A stretch of 64,000 nucleotides of DNA, taken from NCBI GenBank assembly GCA_002529645.1, contig NAEP01000041.1, forward strand, positions 8,610 to 72,609. Reading direction: 5' to 3'. Under the pieces are notes generated by a model, which had not been told where the DNA came from, ran no database searches, and was given only the letters and a program-made list of their open reading frames with translations. Positions 37,244-46,247 of the stretch are shown here, one piece after another (the stretch's first letter is position 1; every line of letters begins with the position of its first letter). Made by a program: the position numbers and the translations under genes. The DNA is from Candidatus Lumbricidiphila eiseniae (lineage in GTDB: Bacteria; Actinomycetota; Actinomycetes; Actinomycetales; Microbacteriaceae).

Positions 37244-37316
37244 GTGCGCCCCCCGGGACTCGAACCCGGAACCCACTGATTAAGAGTCAGTTGCTCTACC
37301 GATTGAGCTAGAGGCG
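37244..37316 (-). tRNA. tRNA-Lys (anticodon CTT)
   Basis: Hand-folded cloverleaf: acceptor GCGCCTC/GGGGCGC, D arm GCTC-AATCGGTA-GAGC, anticodon arm ACTGA-CTCTTAA-TCAGT, T arm CCGGG-TTCGAGT-CCCGG, discriminator A. CCA is not encoded. Confidence 0.95.
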
Positions 37317-37368
37317 CAGCGGCTCCGAGCATCCGGAACCGCTGTCAAAGCTATCAGGCGGGAAGCGA

Positions 37369-37512
37369 CTCGCGCGAATCGGCGAAAGAACACGGAGTGA
37401 TACCGCAGTCGTTGGTGTTTGGAGCCGCCTCGTGCGAATCGAACGAGGGGTGTACAGGGCGGGCAACCTGAGTCGGCCCCATGGAACCGTCTCGCACGAA
37501 CCGACCAGAGGA
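37369..37512. repeat. three copies of a 13-22-bp motif CTCGYRCGAAYCG at 60- and 62-bp spacing (locus H)
   Basis: Copies start at 37369, 37429 and 37491. The 13-nt cores match at 12/13 and 11/13 positions. The sequence between copies is unrelated. Confidence 0.45.
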
Positions 37513-37549
37513 GGGGGAATATCTCGGAAAGATCGCTAGTCTGGCGGGC

Positions 37550-38491
37550 ATGAAGAGTATTCCGGCGGATGTTCCCCGTCTTGACCCTGCCAATAGCTGC
37601 GACCTCGCTGCCGATCTTGATCTTGCACAGGAACTCGCCGACATCGCGGATTCACTGTCGCTGAGCCGGTTCCGGGCCGTGGATCTGAAGGTGGACACCA
37701 AACCCGACCGGAGCCCGGTGACGGAGGCGGATCTCGCGGTGGAGCGGGCCATCCGGGATCGACTGTCGGTAGTTCGACCGGCTGATGTGATCTTTGGCGA
37801 GGAGTTTGGTGGCACCGAGGATCAGGCGCGCGCGCGCAGCGCGGCCCGCACGTGGATCATCGACCCCATCGATGGGACAGCCAACTTTCTTCGTGGAGTC
37901 CCGGTGTGGGGCACCCTCATCGCACTTGCGATGGACGGCAACCCGGTGGTTGGCGTGGCATCGGCACCTGCTCTCGGCCGACGGTGGTGGGCTGCGCGAG
38001 GCCACGGTGCGTGGACAAACGTGATGAATGGCGTGGGTGGAACACACGGTATGGACAGGGAGGCACGCTCGCAGGATGCGAACGACATAGCGGATGCTGC
38101 AAGTCCGGCCAGCCCGTTTGTCACAACCGCCGCACGCCGAATTTCGGTATCGGGCGTGACGGAGCTCACCGATGCATCCCTGAGTTTTCAGAGTCTCGCG
38201 CAGTGGCGAGACGCAGGGCAACTCGCCACGATTCTCAATCTGGCTGCACGGGTGTGGCGCGACCGCGCCTACGGCGACCTGTGGCCGTATACCCTGCTCG
38301 CGGAGGGCCTGCTCGACATTACGACCGAGTATGGGATCCACCCCTATGACATCGCCGCCCTCATTCCGATTGTCGAAGAGGCGGGTGGTCGATTCACCTC
38401 GGTCACCGGCGAGCCAGGGCCGTGGCACGGCAGCGCGCTGGCAACCAATGGGATGCTCCACGGTGAGGTGCTTCGCGCGCTTGCCTCGTAA
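37550..38491 (+). CDS. inositol monophosphatase family protein, histidinol-phosphatase (HisN)-like
   Basis: KPDRSPVTEADLAVERAIR, WIIDPIDGTANFLRG and DITTEYGIHPYDIAALIPIVEEAGG motifs. The ORF opens at 37481 and ATG 37550 is preferred. It contains an about 45-aa insertion (NVMNGVGGTHGMDREARSQDAND...). Confidence 0.7.
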   Translation: MKSIPADVPRLDPANSCDLAADLDLAQELADIADSLSLSRFRAVDLKVDTKPDRSPVTEADLAVERAIRDRLSVVRPADVIFGEEFGGTEDQARARSAARTWIIDPIDGTANFLRGVPVWGTLIALAMDGNPVVGVASAPALGRRWWAARGHGAWTNVMNGVGGTHGMDREARSQDANDIADAASPASPFVTTAARRISVSGVTELTDASLSFQSLAQWRDAGQLATILNLAARVWRDRAYGDLWPYTLLAEGLLDITTEYGIHPYDIAALIPIVEEAGGRFTSVTGEPGPWHGSALATNGMLHGEVLRALAS

Positions 38492-38692
38492 GAAATTGTG
38501 TCGAAGCCTGGATGGCGTGTCGCAGCGTCGGGACGGGCGTGCCCGCCGCGAGACCTGCAGGTTCGGCTTGTATCTGAGCGATTGCTGCACGGTTGTCGGC
38601 TAGAGTGTGAGCTCCGATAGACACTGCATTCAGGATGCCTCGGTCGGGCCATCCCGAACCGTGTCTACTCGCTCAGAACCAAGGAGTAAGTC

Positions 38693-39169
38693 GTGCCCAG
38701 GGAACGAGGCCGAACGGTCGTCGCGACGAATCGGAAAGCCCGCCACGACTATTCCATAGAGGATACGTACGAAGCCGGTGTCGTGCTCGTTGGCACCGAG
38801 GTGAAATCGTTGCGCGCCGGACGTGCCTCGCTTGTTGACGGATACGCCTTCTTTGAGGGCGGTGAACTGTGGCTTGATGCGGTGCACATCCCCGAGTACA
38901 CGCAGGGGACGTGGACCAACCACGCCCCGCGCCGCAAACGAAAACTGCTGCTGCACAAACAAGAGCTCATCAAGCTCAGCCACCGCACGAAAGAGGGTGG
39001 GTACACCCTCGTTCCACTCTCGATCTACTTCTCCGACGGGAAAGCGAAGGTCGAGATCGCCCTCGCCAAGGGCAAGCGCGACTACGACAAACGGCAAGCA
39101 CTGCGTGAACGACAAGATAAGCGTGAGGCGGATCGAGCGATGGCCAGCCGCCGCCATCTCGGCGACTGA
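38693..39169 (+). CDS. smpB: SsrA-binding protein SmpB
   Basis: [42 protein letters not shown]... with a GTG start preceded by AAGGAG. Confidence 0.95.
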   Translation: MPRERGRTVVATNRKARHDYSIEDTYEAGVVLVGTEVKSLRAGRASLVDGYAFFEGGELWLDAVHIPEYTQGTWTNHAPRRKRKLLLHKQELIKLSHRTKEGGYTLVPLSIYFSDGKAKVEIALAKGKRDYDKRQALRERQDKREADRAMASRRHLGD

Positions 39170-39320
39170 TCCGAGTCATCCACTGCTATCACCGGGGTCT
39201 GCCCTGATCCGGTTGATGGTCGGGGTTGGTTGGGCTCATCCGGTGTTATCCTGGAGTTTACGACATCTCAGGATGCCTCGTGCAGTTGACAACTCCACAG
39301 CGTGCGACAACGGCCCACAC

Positions 39321-39689
39321 GGGGATGATCGGTTTCGACATCGCCTGCGAACCCACGAGAAGCGGGCCGAGGATGCAGGGTTATCTCGCAAACGATCTCT
39401 GCACAATATAAGTGCCAACGCAAAGCGCACTGACTTCGCCCTCGCCGCATAGGCGAGCCCGATAGTCCGTCAGCCCGGGTTTGTTTCCGCCCCGGTCGCT
39501 GGCGTCATCTAGGGAACTTGCTGCACGTCGTCGCCTGAGCGACGTGCGGGACTTTATTCAGGCTGGACCCGTCGACTTAGGTGCCTGTGGCAAAGGTCGG
39601 GGCCGAGTAGAACGCCAACACAGGCTGCGCCCGGAGAAGGCGTGGAATCACAGCGATGGACGGGGGTTCAATTCCCCCCATCTCCACCA
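39321..39689 (+). ncRNA. ssrA: tmRNA (ssrA), tag reading frame 39414-39452 encoding ANAKRTDFALAA
   Basis: The 5' GGGGATGATCGGTTTCGAC pairs with 3' ...CATCTCCACCA, including G3:U. The T arm is GGGGG-TTCAATT-CCCCC. The tag ORF GCC AAC GCA AAG CGC ACT GAC TTC GCC CTC GCC GCA TAG lies directly downstream of smpB. Confidence 0.95.
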
Positions 39690-39857
39690 GCGCCGTTGCC
39701 GCACGTTGTGGGTCAAAATGCCCTGGTATTGCAGTGAGTTTGGCTTTCGTAGCGGCTTCTGACGGTTCGTAGCTGGATGCGGCAGCGGGCGCTGTGTTCG
39801 CGCTGTGTTTCTTGATGGTGTGCGAAGTATGGTCGGACTTCCTGCCACAACGCAGCG

Positions 39858-40769
39858 CTATACCTTTAGGTAGCGACGGATTGCAATACTCGCGGAGACA
39901 GCCGCGAGCAGTACGCCCACGCCGACAAGCAACGGCACAGCCAGGAGCGCGTCGTGCGTTCCGACATACGCGACCAGGGGGTTGGTGGCCGTGTTTGGCA
40001 CGATGAAGAAACGCACAATCGCGACGATGGCGCCGCCGGCGAGGAGCGAACCGACCAAGCCCGCGAATACACCCTCAAGCACAAACGGGGTTTGAATAAA
40101 GCGATTGGATGCCCCGACCAGTCGCATGATGCCCAACTCGCGCCGACGCGAAAACGCCGACAGTCGAATTGTTGTAGCGATGAGCAGCATCGCCGCAACG
40201 AGCATGATGGCCGCGAGTGCAAGTGCCGTGTAGCTCGCTGTGTTGAGCAGCGAGAACACGGGGCCCAGCAGCGCCCGCTGGTCAGTGACATCGTCAACCC
40301 CGGCCATCCCGGCCAAGCCTTCCTTGATAACACCCGACTTGTTTGGGTTCACAAGTTTGAGGTGAAACTGGGCCGGTAAAAGGTCTGGAGTGACGAACGC
40401 GAGGTTAGGGGCCCCAGAGAATTGTCGTGTGAAGTCTTTGTACGCAGTCTGCTGATCTACGAAGTACAACTTCTGGACGTACGGTGCCAGTGTTGCTGAA
40501 GCAAGTCGGTCTTGCACGGCTGTCTTCTGCTCGTCGGTTATCGCTCCGCCGCTGCATCCTGCTGCACTGGATACCGTGTTGCAGAGGTAGACCGTCACTT
40601 CTGCACGGTCGTACCAGTAGCCTTTCATGAGTCCGATCTGCACCTGCAGCAGCACAGCAGCACCGACAAAGGTCAGCGAAATAAACGTGACAAGAATGAC
40701 CGAAATGACCATTGTTGCATTGCGCCGGAGACCATTGAAAGCCTCCGATAGCATGAGGCCGATTCTCAT
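39858..40769 (-). CDS. ftsX: cell division permease-like protein FtsX
   Basis: 303 aa with an N-terminal TM helix, an extracytoplasmic domain and three C-terminal TM helices. It overlaps the ftsE stop by 4 nt. Confidence 0.9.
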   Translation of the reverse strand: MRIGLMLSEAFNGLRRNATMVISVILVTFISLTFVGAAVLLQVQIGLMKGYWYDRAEVTVYLCNTVSSAAGCSGGAITDEQKTAVQDRLASATLAPYVQKLYFVDQQTAYKDFTRQFSGAPNLAFVTPDLLPAQFHLKLVNPNKSGVIKEGLAGMAGVDDVTDQRALLGPVFSLLNTASYTALALAAIMLVAAMLLIATTIRLSAFSRRRELGIMRLVGASNRFIQTPFVLEGVFAGLVGSLLAGGAIVAIVRFFIVPNTATNPLVAYVGTHDALLAVPLLVGVGVLLAAVSASIAIRRYLKV

Positions 40770-41740
40770 CGCGTGGGCCCCACATCCTGGCCGTCATCGC
40801 CCTCGCGCGGCCCACCCGCGCCCGTTAATCCCAGTCTTTCAACGAGCGACTGTGAGGGGAGTTCAACCGGTCGTGGCAATCGCGGAACTGCGCCTGTGGC
40901 TGCGAGGGAGATCGCTGCCGCGGCATCCGTAACCGCATCGGTGACCTCTGGCTCAATGTACAGCGGCTGTGCCTCGCGCATGGTGTCGGCATTGACCTTG
41001 GGGGCAGCAACCGGGGTTGAGCCATCCGGCAATTGCACCCGCGGCTTGTTGACAGTGCGCCCACCATACCCGGCGTCGCGTTCGTCGCGCACAATGCGTC
41101 CGGCAGAGAGTTCAATGACGCGCCGCTGCATTTGATCGACGATTCCAGCCTCGTGCGTGGCCATCACGATGGTTGTGCCGCTCGTGCTGATTCGTTCCAG
41201 CAGTGTCATGATTCCGGCGCTTGTCATCGGGTCAAGGTTGCCTGTGGGTTCGTCGGCAAGCAGGATCTGGGGCTTGTTTACGATCGCGCGGGCGATTGCG
41301 ACCCGCTGTTGCTCACCACCGGAAAGTTCATGGGGCATTCGCTTATCTTTGCCGTCAAGCCCGACCAGCTTGAGTGTGTCTGGCACTGCCGATTGGATGT
41401 AACCGCGTGACTTGCCAATAACCCGCAGCGTGAAAGCGACGTTCTCATAGACAGTTTTGTTGGGCAGGAGGCGGAAGTCTTGGAAGACGACGCCGAGATT
41501 GCGTCGGAAGAAAGGCAGTTTTCCGGTGGAGATCGAGAGCAGGTCCTGCCCGAGCACGTGGATAGAACCCGAAGTTGGGCGGTCTTCCTTCAGGATCAGT
41601 CGAATGAAGCTGGATTTTCCCGAGCCGGATGCCCCGACCAGAAACACGAACTCGCCGCGCAGAATCTCGACGTTGATGGTGTCGAGCGCCGACTTAGACT
41701 GGCCGGAGTAGGTTTTTGTAACCGTGTCAAAACGTATCAT
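40766..41740 (-). CDS. ftsE: cell division ATP-binding protein FtsE with an about 95-aa C-terminal extension
   Basis: [11 protein letters not shown]...GASGSGKSS...[14 protein letters not shown]...[14 protein letters not shown] 41740 is preferred over the ORF start at 41785. Confidence 0.9.
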   Translation of the reverse strand: MIRFDTVTKTYSGQSKSALDTINVEILRGEFVFLVGASGSGKSSFIRLILKEDRPTSGSIHVLGQDLLSISTGKLPFFRRNLGVVFQDFRLLPNKTVYENVAFTLRVIGKSRGYIQSAVPDTLKLVGLDGKDKRMPHELSGGEQQRVAIARAIVNKPQILLADEPTGNLDPMTSAGIMTLLERISTSGTTIVMATHEAGIVDQMQRRVIELSAGRIVRDERDAGYGGRTVNKPRVQLPDGSTPVAAPKVNADTMREAQPLYIEPEVTDAVTDAAAAISLAATGAVPRLPRPVELPSQSLVERLGLTGAGGPREGDDGQDVGPTR

Positions 41741-41810
41741 CGGTTTGAGCTTATGGATCGCGCCGAAGAATCTTTGCAGCGACACTGCGGATTGCCGAGG
41801 CTGTGTGTGC

Positions 41811-41902
41811 GGTGTGGGTCGCAGATCCCGCGCCGTGGGCCGCAGATCCCGCGCCGTGGGCCGCAGATCCCGCGCCGTGGGCCGCAGATCCCGCGCCGTG
41901 GG
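41811..41902. repeat. perfect 21-bp tandem repeat x4 (CGCAGATCCCGCGCCGTGGGC) plus a partial leading copy
   Basis: Exact copies at 41819-41839, 41840-41860, 41861-41881 and 41882-41902. The repeat lies in the gap between the prfB stop (41951) and the ftsE start (41740). Confidence 0.95.
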
Positions 41903-41950
41903 CTCCGGAACTGCGGTGTGTGGAAGGCGAGAGCATCAGGCCGCTGCTTG

Positions 41951-43057
41951 TTATGAGACCCGCTGTTTGCGCCATCTAATGCCGGCCGCGATGAAGCCGT
42001 CGAGTTCGCCATCGAAAACCGCAGACGGATTGTTGACCTCGAACTCTGTGCGCAGATCCTTCACCATTTGGTAGGGCGCCAACACGTATGAGCGCATTTG
42101 ATCGCCCCAACTCGCGGTAATGGTGCCCGCGAGTTCCTTCTTTTGAGCCGCCTCTTGCTCGCGCTGCAGCAGCAAGAGGCGTGATTGCAGCACTCGCATC
42201 GCCGCCGCCCGGTTTTGGATCTGCGACTTTTCGTTCTGCATCGACACGACGGTGCCGGTGGGCAGGTGTGTTAACCGCACGGCGGAGTCCGTTGTGTTCA
42301 CTGACTGACCGCCTGGCCCCGACGATCGGAAGACATCAACGCGGATGTCACCGTCAGGGATTTCGATCGTGTCAGTTTCCTCAATAAGCGGAATAACTTC
42401 CACCGCTGCGAAGCTTGTTTGCCGTTTGCCGGCCGCGCCGAACGGACTCATCCGCACGAGACGATGGGTTCCCGCCTCGACCGAGAGGGTGCCGAAGGCG
42501 TAGGGGGCATTGATCTCAAACGTCGCGGATTTAATGCCGGCTTCTTCGGCGTAGCTGGTGTCCATGACGGCTGCGGGGTATCCACGCTTTTCCGCCCAGC
42601 GTAGGTACATTCGCAGCAACATTTCTGCGAAGTCCGCCGCGTCCACCCCCCCAGCACCAGACCGGATTGTGATGACGGCCGGTCTGGCGTCCCATTCACC
42701 ATCAAGCAGGGTTTGTACTTCCAGATCGCCAATGGTTTGTTGCAGCGAGGTGAGTTCGGTGCGCGCCTCGGCTGCCGATTCTTCATCGTGTGCCTCGTTG
42801 GCCAGCTCAATGAGCACCTCCAGATCATCAAGCCGTGACTCGATGCGGGTGATACGGGTGAGCTCGGACTGTCGATGGCTGAGAGCGCTTGTTACCTTTT
42901 GGGCATTGGTCGGGTCATCCCAGAGGTCTTGTGCTCCTGCCTGTTTCGAGAGTCTCGCGATCTCGATCTGCAACGACTCGGTGTCAATAACGGTTCGGAT
43001 GTCGCGAAAAGTCGCGCGCAGCGCAGCGATCTGCGCGGAAAGGTCTAGGTCCAACAT
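41951..43057 (-). CDS. prfB: peptide chain release factor 2
   Basis: 368 aa with the SPF motif ([15 protein letters not shown]) and GGQ motif ([20 protein letters not shown]). It is a single uninterrupted ORF with no programmed frameshift site. Confidence 0.95.
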   Translation of the reverse strand: MLDLDLSAQIAALRATFRDIRTVIDTESLQIEIARLSKQAGAQDLWDDPTNAQKVTSALSHRQSELTRITRIESRLDDLEVLIELANEAHDEESAAEARTELTSLQQTIGDLEVQTLLDGEWDARPAVITIRSGAGGVDAADFAEMLLRMYLRWAEKRGYPAAVMDTSYAEEAGIKSATFEINAPYAFGTLSVEAGTHRLVRMSPFGAAGKRQTSFAAVEVIPLIEETDTIEIPDGDIRVDVFRSSGPGGQSVNTTDSAVRLTHLPTGTVVSMQNEKSQIQNRAAAMRVLQSRLLLLQREQEAAQKKELAGTITASWGDQMRSYVLAPYQMVKDLRTEFEVNNPSAVFDGELDGFIAAGIRWRKQRVS

Positions 43058-43108
43058 GGCTCCCCAAGCCTACGGGAGTTGCGAGACACCGTAGACTGGT
43101 CACCGTCA

Positions 43109-43190
43109 GCGGGAGTGGTGAAACTGGCAGACACGCAGGATTTAGGTTCCTGTGCCTTTGGGCGTGCGGGTTCAAGTCCCGCCTTCCGCA
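43109..43190 (+). tRNA. tRNA-Leu (anticodon TAG)
   Basis: Hand-folded: acceptor GCGGGAG/CTTCCGC, anticodon arm CAGGA-TTTAGGT-TCCTG, long variable arm, T arm GCGGG-TTCAAGT-CCCGC. Confidence 0.9.
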
Positions 43191-43234
43191 CTGAGTTGAT
43201 ACTCAGAAATCACTGCGATCACAGTGACTTTTAT
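43191..43234 (+). terminator. two tandem short hairpins followed by a T-run after tRNA-Leu
   Basis: CTGAGT-TGAT-ACTCAG (43191-43206) and TCACTG-CGATCA-CAGTGA (43210-43227), followed by CTTTTAT. The stems are only 6 bp. Confidence 0.35.
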
Positions 43235-43538
43235 CGGTGGTGCTCTCGTCGAAGCTACATGCACCTCATCGGGGCAGGGCGCGAACTTTGCAGTGGCGCG
43301 TTGGTCCTGAAACGCGGCGAATCTATGGATGCCCCGGTCACCATCGGTGCCTGCGGCGTGACGTACTCCTGGCGGGTGCGGGACCGGTTGCGACCCACCG
43401 TCGGAGAACTCAGCACGAACAGGGCAGGCTTCGCTCTACACACCTGATCAGTGGATGCTGCAGACCGGGCTATTAGACTGGCCGAAAAGCACACCACCGC
43501 CGACCGGCGTCAGCTGTGTCTACGACGGGAGTTCCACT

Positions 43539-44306
43539 ATGTTGCACACTGTGCTCATCCCCTGGCTTGACCCCACGAGCATTATTGCCGCGACCGGTCC
43601 GTGGGCATTGGCTGTGGTAGCGCTCATTGTTTTTGCCGAGACCGGACTGTTGATTGGGTTCCTCTTCCCGGGCGATACGCTGCTGCTCATTTCCGGGTTG
43701 CTGTCCAATCCGCAGGTCACTCCGGGGCATGTCAGTGCGTTTGGTCTCGATGTGTGGTGGGTGTGCCTGGTCATCGCGGGTTCTGCCATCGTGGGCGGGG
43801 AGGTGGGGTATCAGATTGGGCACCGGTTGGGCCCGACGGTGTTCGAGCGAAAAGAATCCGGCATCTTTAGTGTGAAGAACGTTGAGCGCACGAACCTCTT
43901 TTTTGAGCGCTTTGGAGCGCTCGCGGTTATCCTCGCTCGCTTTGTGCCCATCGTTCGCACCTTCGTTCCCATCGCCGCGGGTGTGGGACACATGAACCGC
44001 CGGAAGTATTCGCTTTATAACCTCGTCGGAGCGATCATCTGGGGAGTAGGGGTTACCCTCTTCGGCTACTTCATCGGGTTTATCGAGCCGATTGCGACCT
44101 TCGTGCAGAAGTACATCGATGTGATCCTGCTCGGGGCGGTTGCGGTTGCTATCATTCCGACGGTATTGCACTACGTTCAAGCGTCACGGAGCGCCAAGCG
44201 AGCACTCGCCTCCGGTGCTGCTGCGGCAACCGACCGGGAACACGCGGAAAAGCTTGCCCTCGACCCGGACGTGTTCGGTCGAGTCGACAGCGACCGGCAG
44301 AACTGA
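43539..44306 (+). CDS. DedA family (VTT domain) membrane protein
   Basis: VFAETGLLIGFLFPGDTLLLISG and ARFVPIVRTFVPIAAGVGHM motifs. ATG 43539 is preferred over the ORF start at 43455. Confidence 0.8.
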   Translation: MLHTVLIPWLDPTSIIAATGPWALAVVALIVFAETGLLIGFLFPGDTLLLISGLLSNPQVTPGHVSAFGLDVWWVCLVIAGSAIVGGEVGYQIGHRLGPTVFERKESGIFSVKNVERTNLFFERFGALAVILARFVPIVRTFVPIAAGVGHMNRRKYSLYNLVGAIIWGVGVTLFGYFIGFIEPIATFVQKYIDVILLGAVAVAIIPTVLHYVQASRSAKRALASGAAAATDREHAEKLALDPDVFGRVDSDRQN

Positions 44307-44311
44307 GCGGT

Positions 44312-45208
44312 TTACTGAGCCTGCCGCTGGAAGCACTCCACGTTCACAGCTTCACCCGTGGCCGTAGACTGCGATACAACTTTGCCGTCAATCATAATTT
44401 TGCAGCTGACTTTATTCCCGCTAGCAGGGTCTTTGCTTGCATCGAGGAACACCTTGCTGAGGTCAGTACTACCGGGGACGACGACTCGTTGCATCCACGG
44501 AAGAGTTTGGCCGGTTGCACGCTTAAAGACTCGATTTCCATTGTCGAATTCGACAAAGTTAACGGCAGTGTTCCGAGAAACCCCGGTAACTTCGTAGAAG
44601 ACTATCTTCATCCCCCAACTGGTGGTAATGCCGACCAGTGCGATCAACGCGAGGGAAACCCCGATGGTGACCATGACCTTGCGTGTTCCACGAAGACACA
44701 GGACAACAACGCCGAGCACAAGAGCCATCGCTGCGACGATTGCCGCCCCGATGCTCAACAGTGGGCTATTTCCGAACTCGGCACCCGGTATCAGGGTGAG
44801 AGCGAGCGGAATTCCGCCAATCTGCCAGAGGCGTAGCCCGGCTGCGGCGAATGCGCTGATCGCGAGTATGAGGGCTACAACACCGAGCCCGTCGTGTCGT
44901 CGTGAGCCGGGTTGTGCGGCGGTGTGGCGGCCGTGAGTGGCGGTGTGGTGGCGGTCGTGAGCGGCGCCGTGGCGGCCGTGGGTAGCGGTGTGGCGGCCGT
45001 GAGCGGCGGTTGCAGGACCAGTGTGAGGGCTGGTTTCAGAGGGTGATGTGCTGGCCCCCGACAGGAGCGTCGGAGACGTGAGATGAGGGGTAGTTTCAGA
45101 GGATAATGTGTCGTCTCCACTGGCTGTTGTGGGCGGCCTGGATCGCCGCGGCCGGTCTGGATGCAGTTTTTTTCTCTTATCTACCGAATGTCTGCCCATG
45201 ATCTTCAA
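44312..45208 (-). CDS. membrane protein with a His-rich repetitive N-terminus and an MmpS-like C-terminal domain
   Basis: N-terminus carries AAHGRHTATHGRHGAAHDRHHTATHGRHTAA repeats, followed by 3-4 TM helices. The C-terminus IVFYEVTG...LPWMQRVVV...VSCKIMIDGKVV...VNVEC resembles MmpS-family domains. Confidence 0.55.
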   Translation of the reverse strand: MKIMGRHSVDKRKKLHPDRPRRSRPPTTASGDDTLSSETTPHLTSPTLLSGASTSPSETSPHTGPATAAHGRHTATHGRHGAAHDRHHTATHGRHTAAQPGSRRHDGLGVVALILAISAFAAAGLRLWQIGGIPLALTLIPGAEFGNSPLLSIGAAIVAAMALVLGVVVLCLRGTRKVMVTIGVSLALIALVGITTSWGMKIVFYEVTGVSRNTAVNFVEFDNGNRVFKRATGQTLPWMQRVVVPGSTDLSKVFLDASKDPASGNKVSCKIMIDGKVVSQSTATGEAVNVECFQRQAQ

Positions 45209-45250
45209 GCTTACCCAGGAGTTTTCCCGCGACCGGAGCGACTACCCGCG

Positions 45251-46165
45251 CTAGCAAAGAGGTGGGTGCTCTTGTTTACCATGGCCGGCGGGTTCCAATT
45301 GAAAGGTGGAATGGTCAACATCGAAGTGATCGCGAAGACACTCAGACAGTTGCGTGAGAAGCTCGCCCGACTGGCCGCGTGTAAAAATGGTTGGTGCAAC
45401 TTCAACGTGAGCGCTAAACACGTTCGAACCGCTCGTGATCGCCCAGACGTGCACATCGTGCACGGCAGTCACCCCGGCTGTGTTCAGGATATGGTTGCGG
45501 ACGTCCGCGACATCCGTACCCTGCGGCACTGCTTCACTGAAGATGCGCACGACATCGCGAAGCAGAATAACCGCACGGGGCACGATACACGCGGCAATGA
45601 ACAGTGACGCGAGGGCATCGGCCTGCCGGAACCCGGTGAAGAGGATAACAAGAGCCGCAAAAATGACGGCGACCGACCCGATGAGATCACCGAACACCTC
45701 AAGGTAGGCACCGCGGAGGTTGAGCGACTGTCGGGCACCCGAGCGTAGCAGGAGCAGGGCGAGTGCATTAGCCATGAGACCGACCACGGCAACCACAAGC
45801 ATAGGACCGCTCTGCACCTCGCCCGGCTGGTTTGTCGTGAGTCTTTCGAGGGCACCCACGGTGACCGACACCGCGACAACAAGCAAGATAACCCCGTTGA
45901 TCAGCGCCGCAAAGACTTCAACTCGACGGTAGCCGAATGTTTGTCGATCAGTCGCTGGTTGCGCGGCAATGATCGAGGCAACAAGAGCGATGATCAGGCC
46001 AATAAGGTCGGACACCATGTGGCCAGCGTCAGCGACTAGCGCCAGCGATCCGCTCAACCAGCCACCGACAATCTCGATCACAAGAACCGTCGCGACAATC
46101 GCGATGCTCCAGCACAGCCGACCGCGGTGGGTGAGTTGGACTTTGTGATCGTGAAAGTGGCCCAT
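45251..46165 (-). CDS. cation diffusion facilitator family transporter (CzcD/ZitB-like)
   Basis: 304 aa with a His-rich start MGHFHDHK, LVADAGHMVSD in TM2, six TM helices and a C-terminal cytoplasmic domain. Confidence 0.85.
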   Translation of the reverse strand: MGHFHDHKVQLTHRGRLCWSIAIVATVLVIEIVGGWLSGSLALVADAGHMVSDLIGLIIALVASIIAAQPATDRQTFGYRRVEVFAALINGVILLVVAVSVTVGALERLTTNQPGEVQSGPMLVVAVVGLMANALALLLLRSGARQSLNLRGAYLEVFGDLIGSVAVIFAALVILFTGFRQADALASLFIAACIVPRAVILLRDVVRIFSEAVPQGTDVADVRNHILNTAGVTAVHDVHVWAITSGSNVFSAHVEVAPTIFTRGQSGELLTQLSECLRDHFDVDHSTFQLEPAGHGKQEHPPLC

Positions 46166-46247
46166 GCGTTTAACCGTACGCTGAAAATCTTGTCATTTTC
46201 CTTGATCGGAATGATCGTCATTAGCACATGACGGCGAGCGTTCGAGA

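Noticed and set aside
39286-39320. TTGACA at 39286-39291 as the tmRNA promoter.
   Set aside because: No acceptable -10 (TANNNT) follows at 16-18 bp spacing, and tmRNA is processed from a longer precursor. The promoter cannot be placed from sequence alone.
41811-41902. Could the 21-bp x4 repeat be a CRISPR array?
   Set aside because: The units are head-to-tail with no spacers, and 21 bp is too short. It is a simple tandem repeat.
41951-43057. I looked for the programmed +1 frameshift site typical of prfB in many bacteria.
   Set aside because: The RF2 ORF is continuous from ATG 43057 to its stop, with no in-frame TGA near codon 25. It is a non-frameshifted prfB, as is common in Actinobacteria.
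43232-43538. A possible small gene or riboswitch in the 300-bp gap between tRNA-Leu and dedA.
   Set aside because: The candidate ORFs (62-80 aa) have poor composition and no RBS. I recognised no conserved riboswitch core. The gap is left unassigned.
46191-46233. The inverted repeat CGTCAT-TAGCAC-ATGACG and the AATGA-N3-TCATT element upstream of the CDF transporter gene, as a metal-responsive operator.
   Set aside because: The arms are short (5-6 bp) and AT-rich, there is no adjacent metalloregulator gene in the window, and the site could equally be the rdgB terminator region. It is too weak to call.
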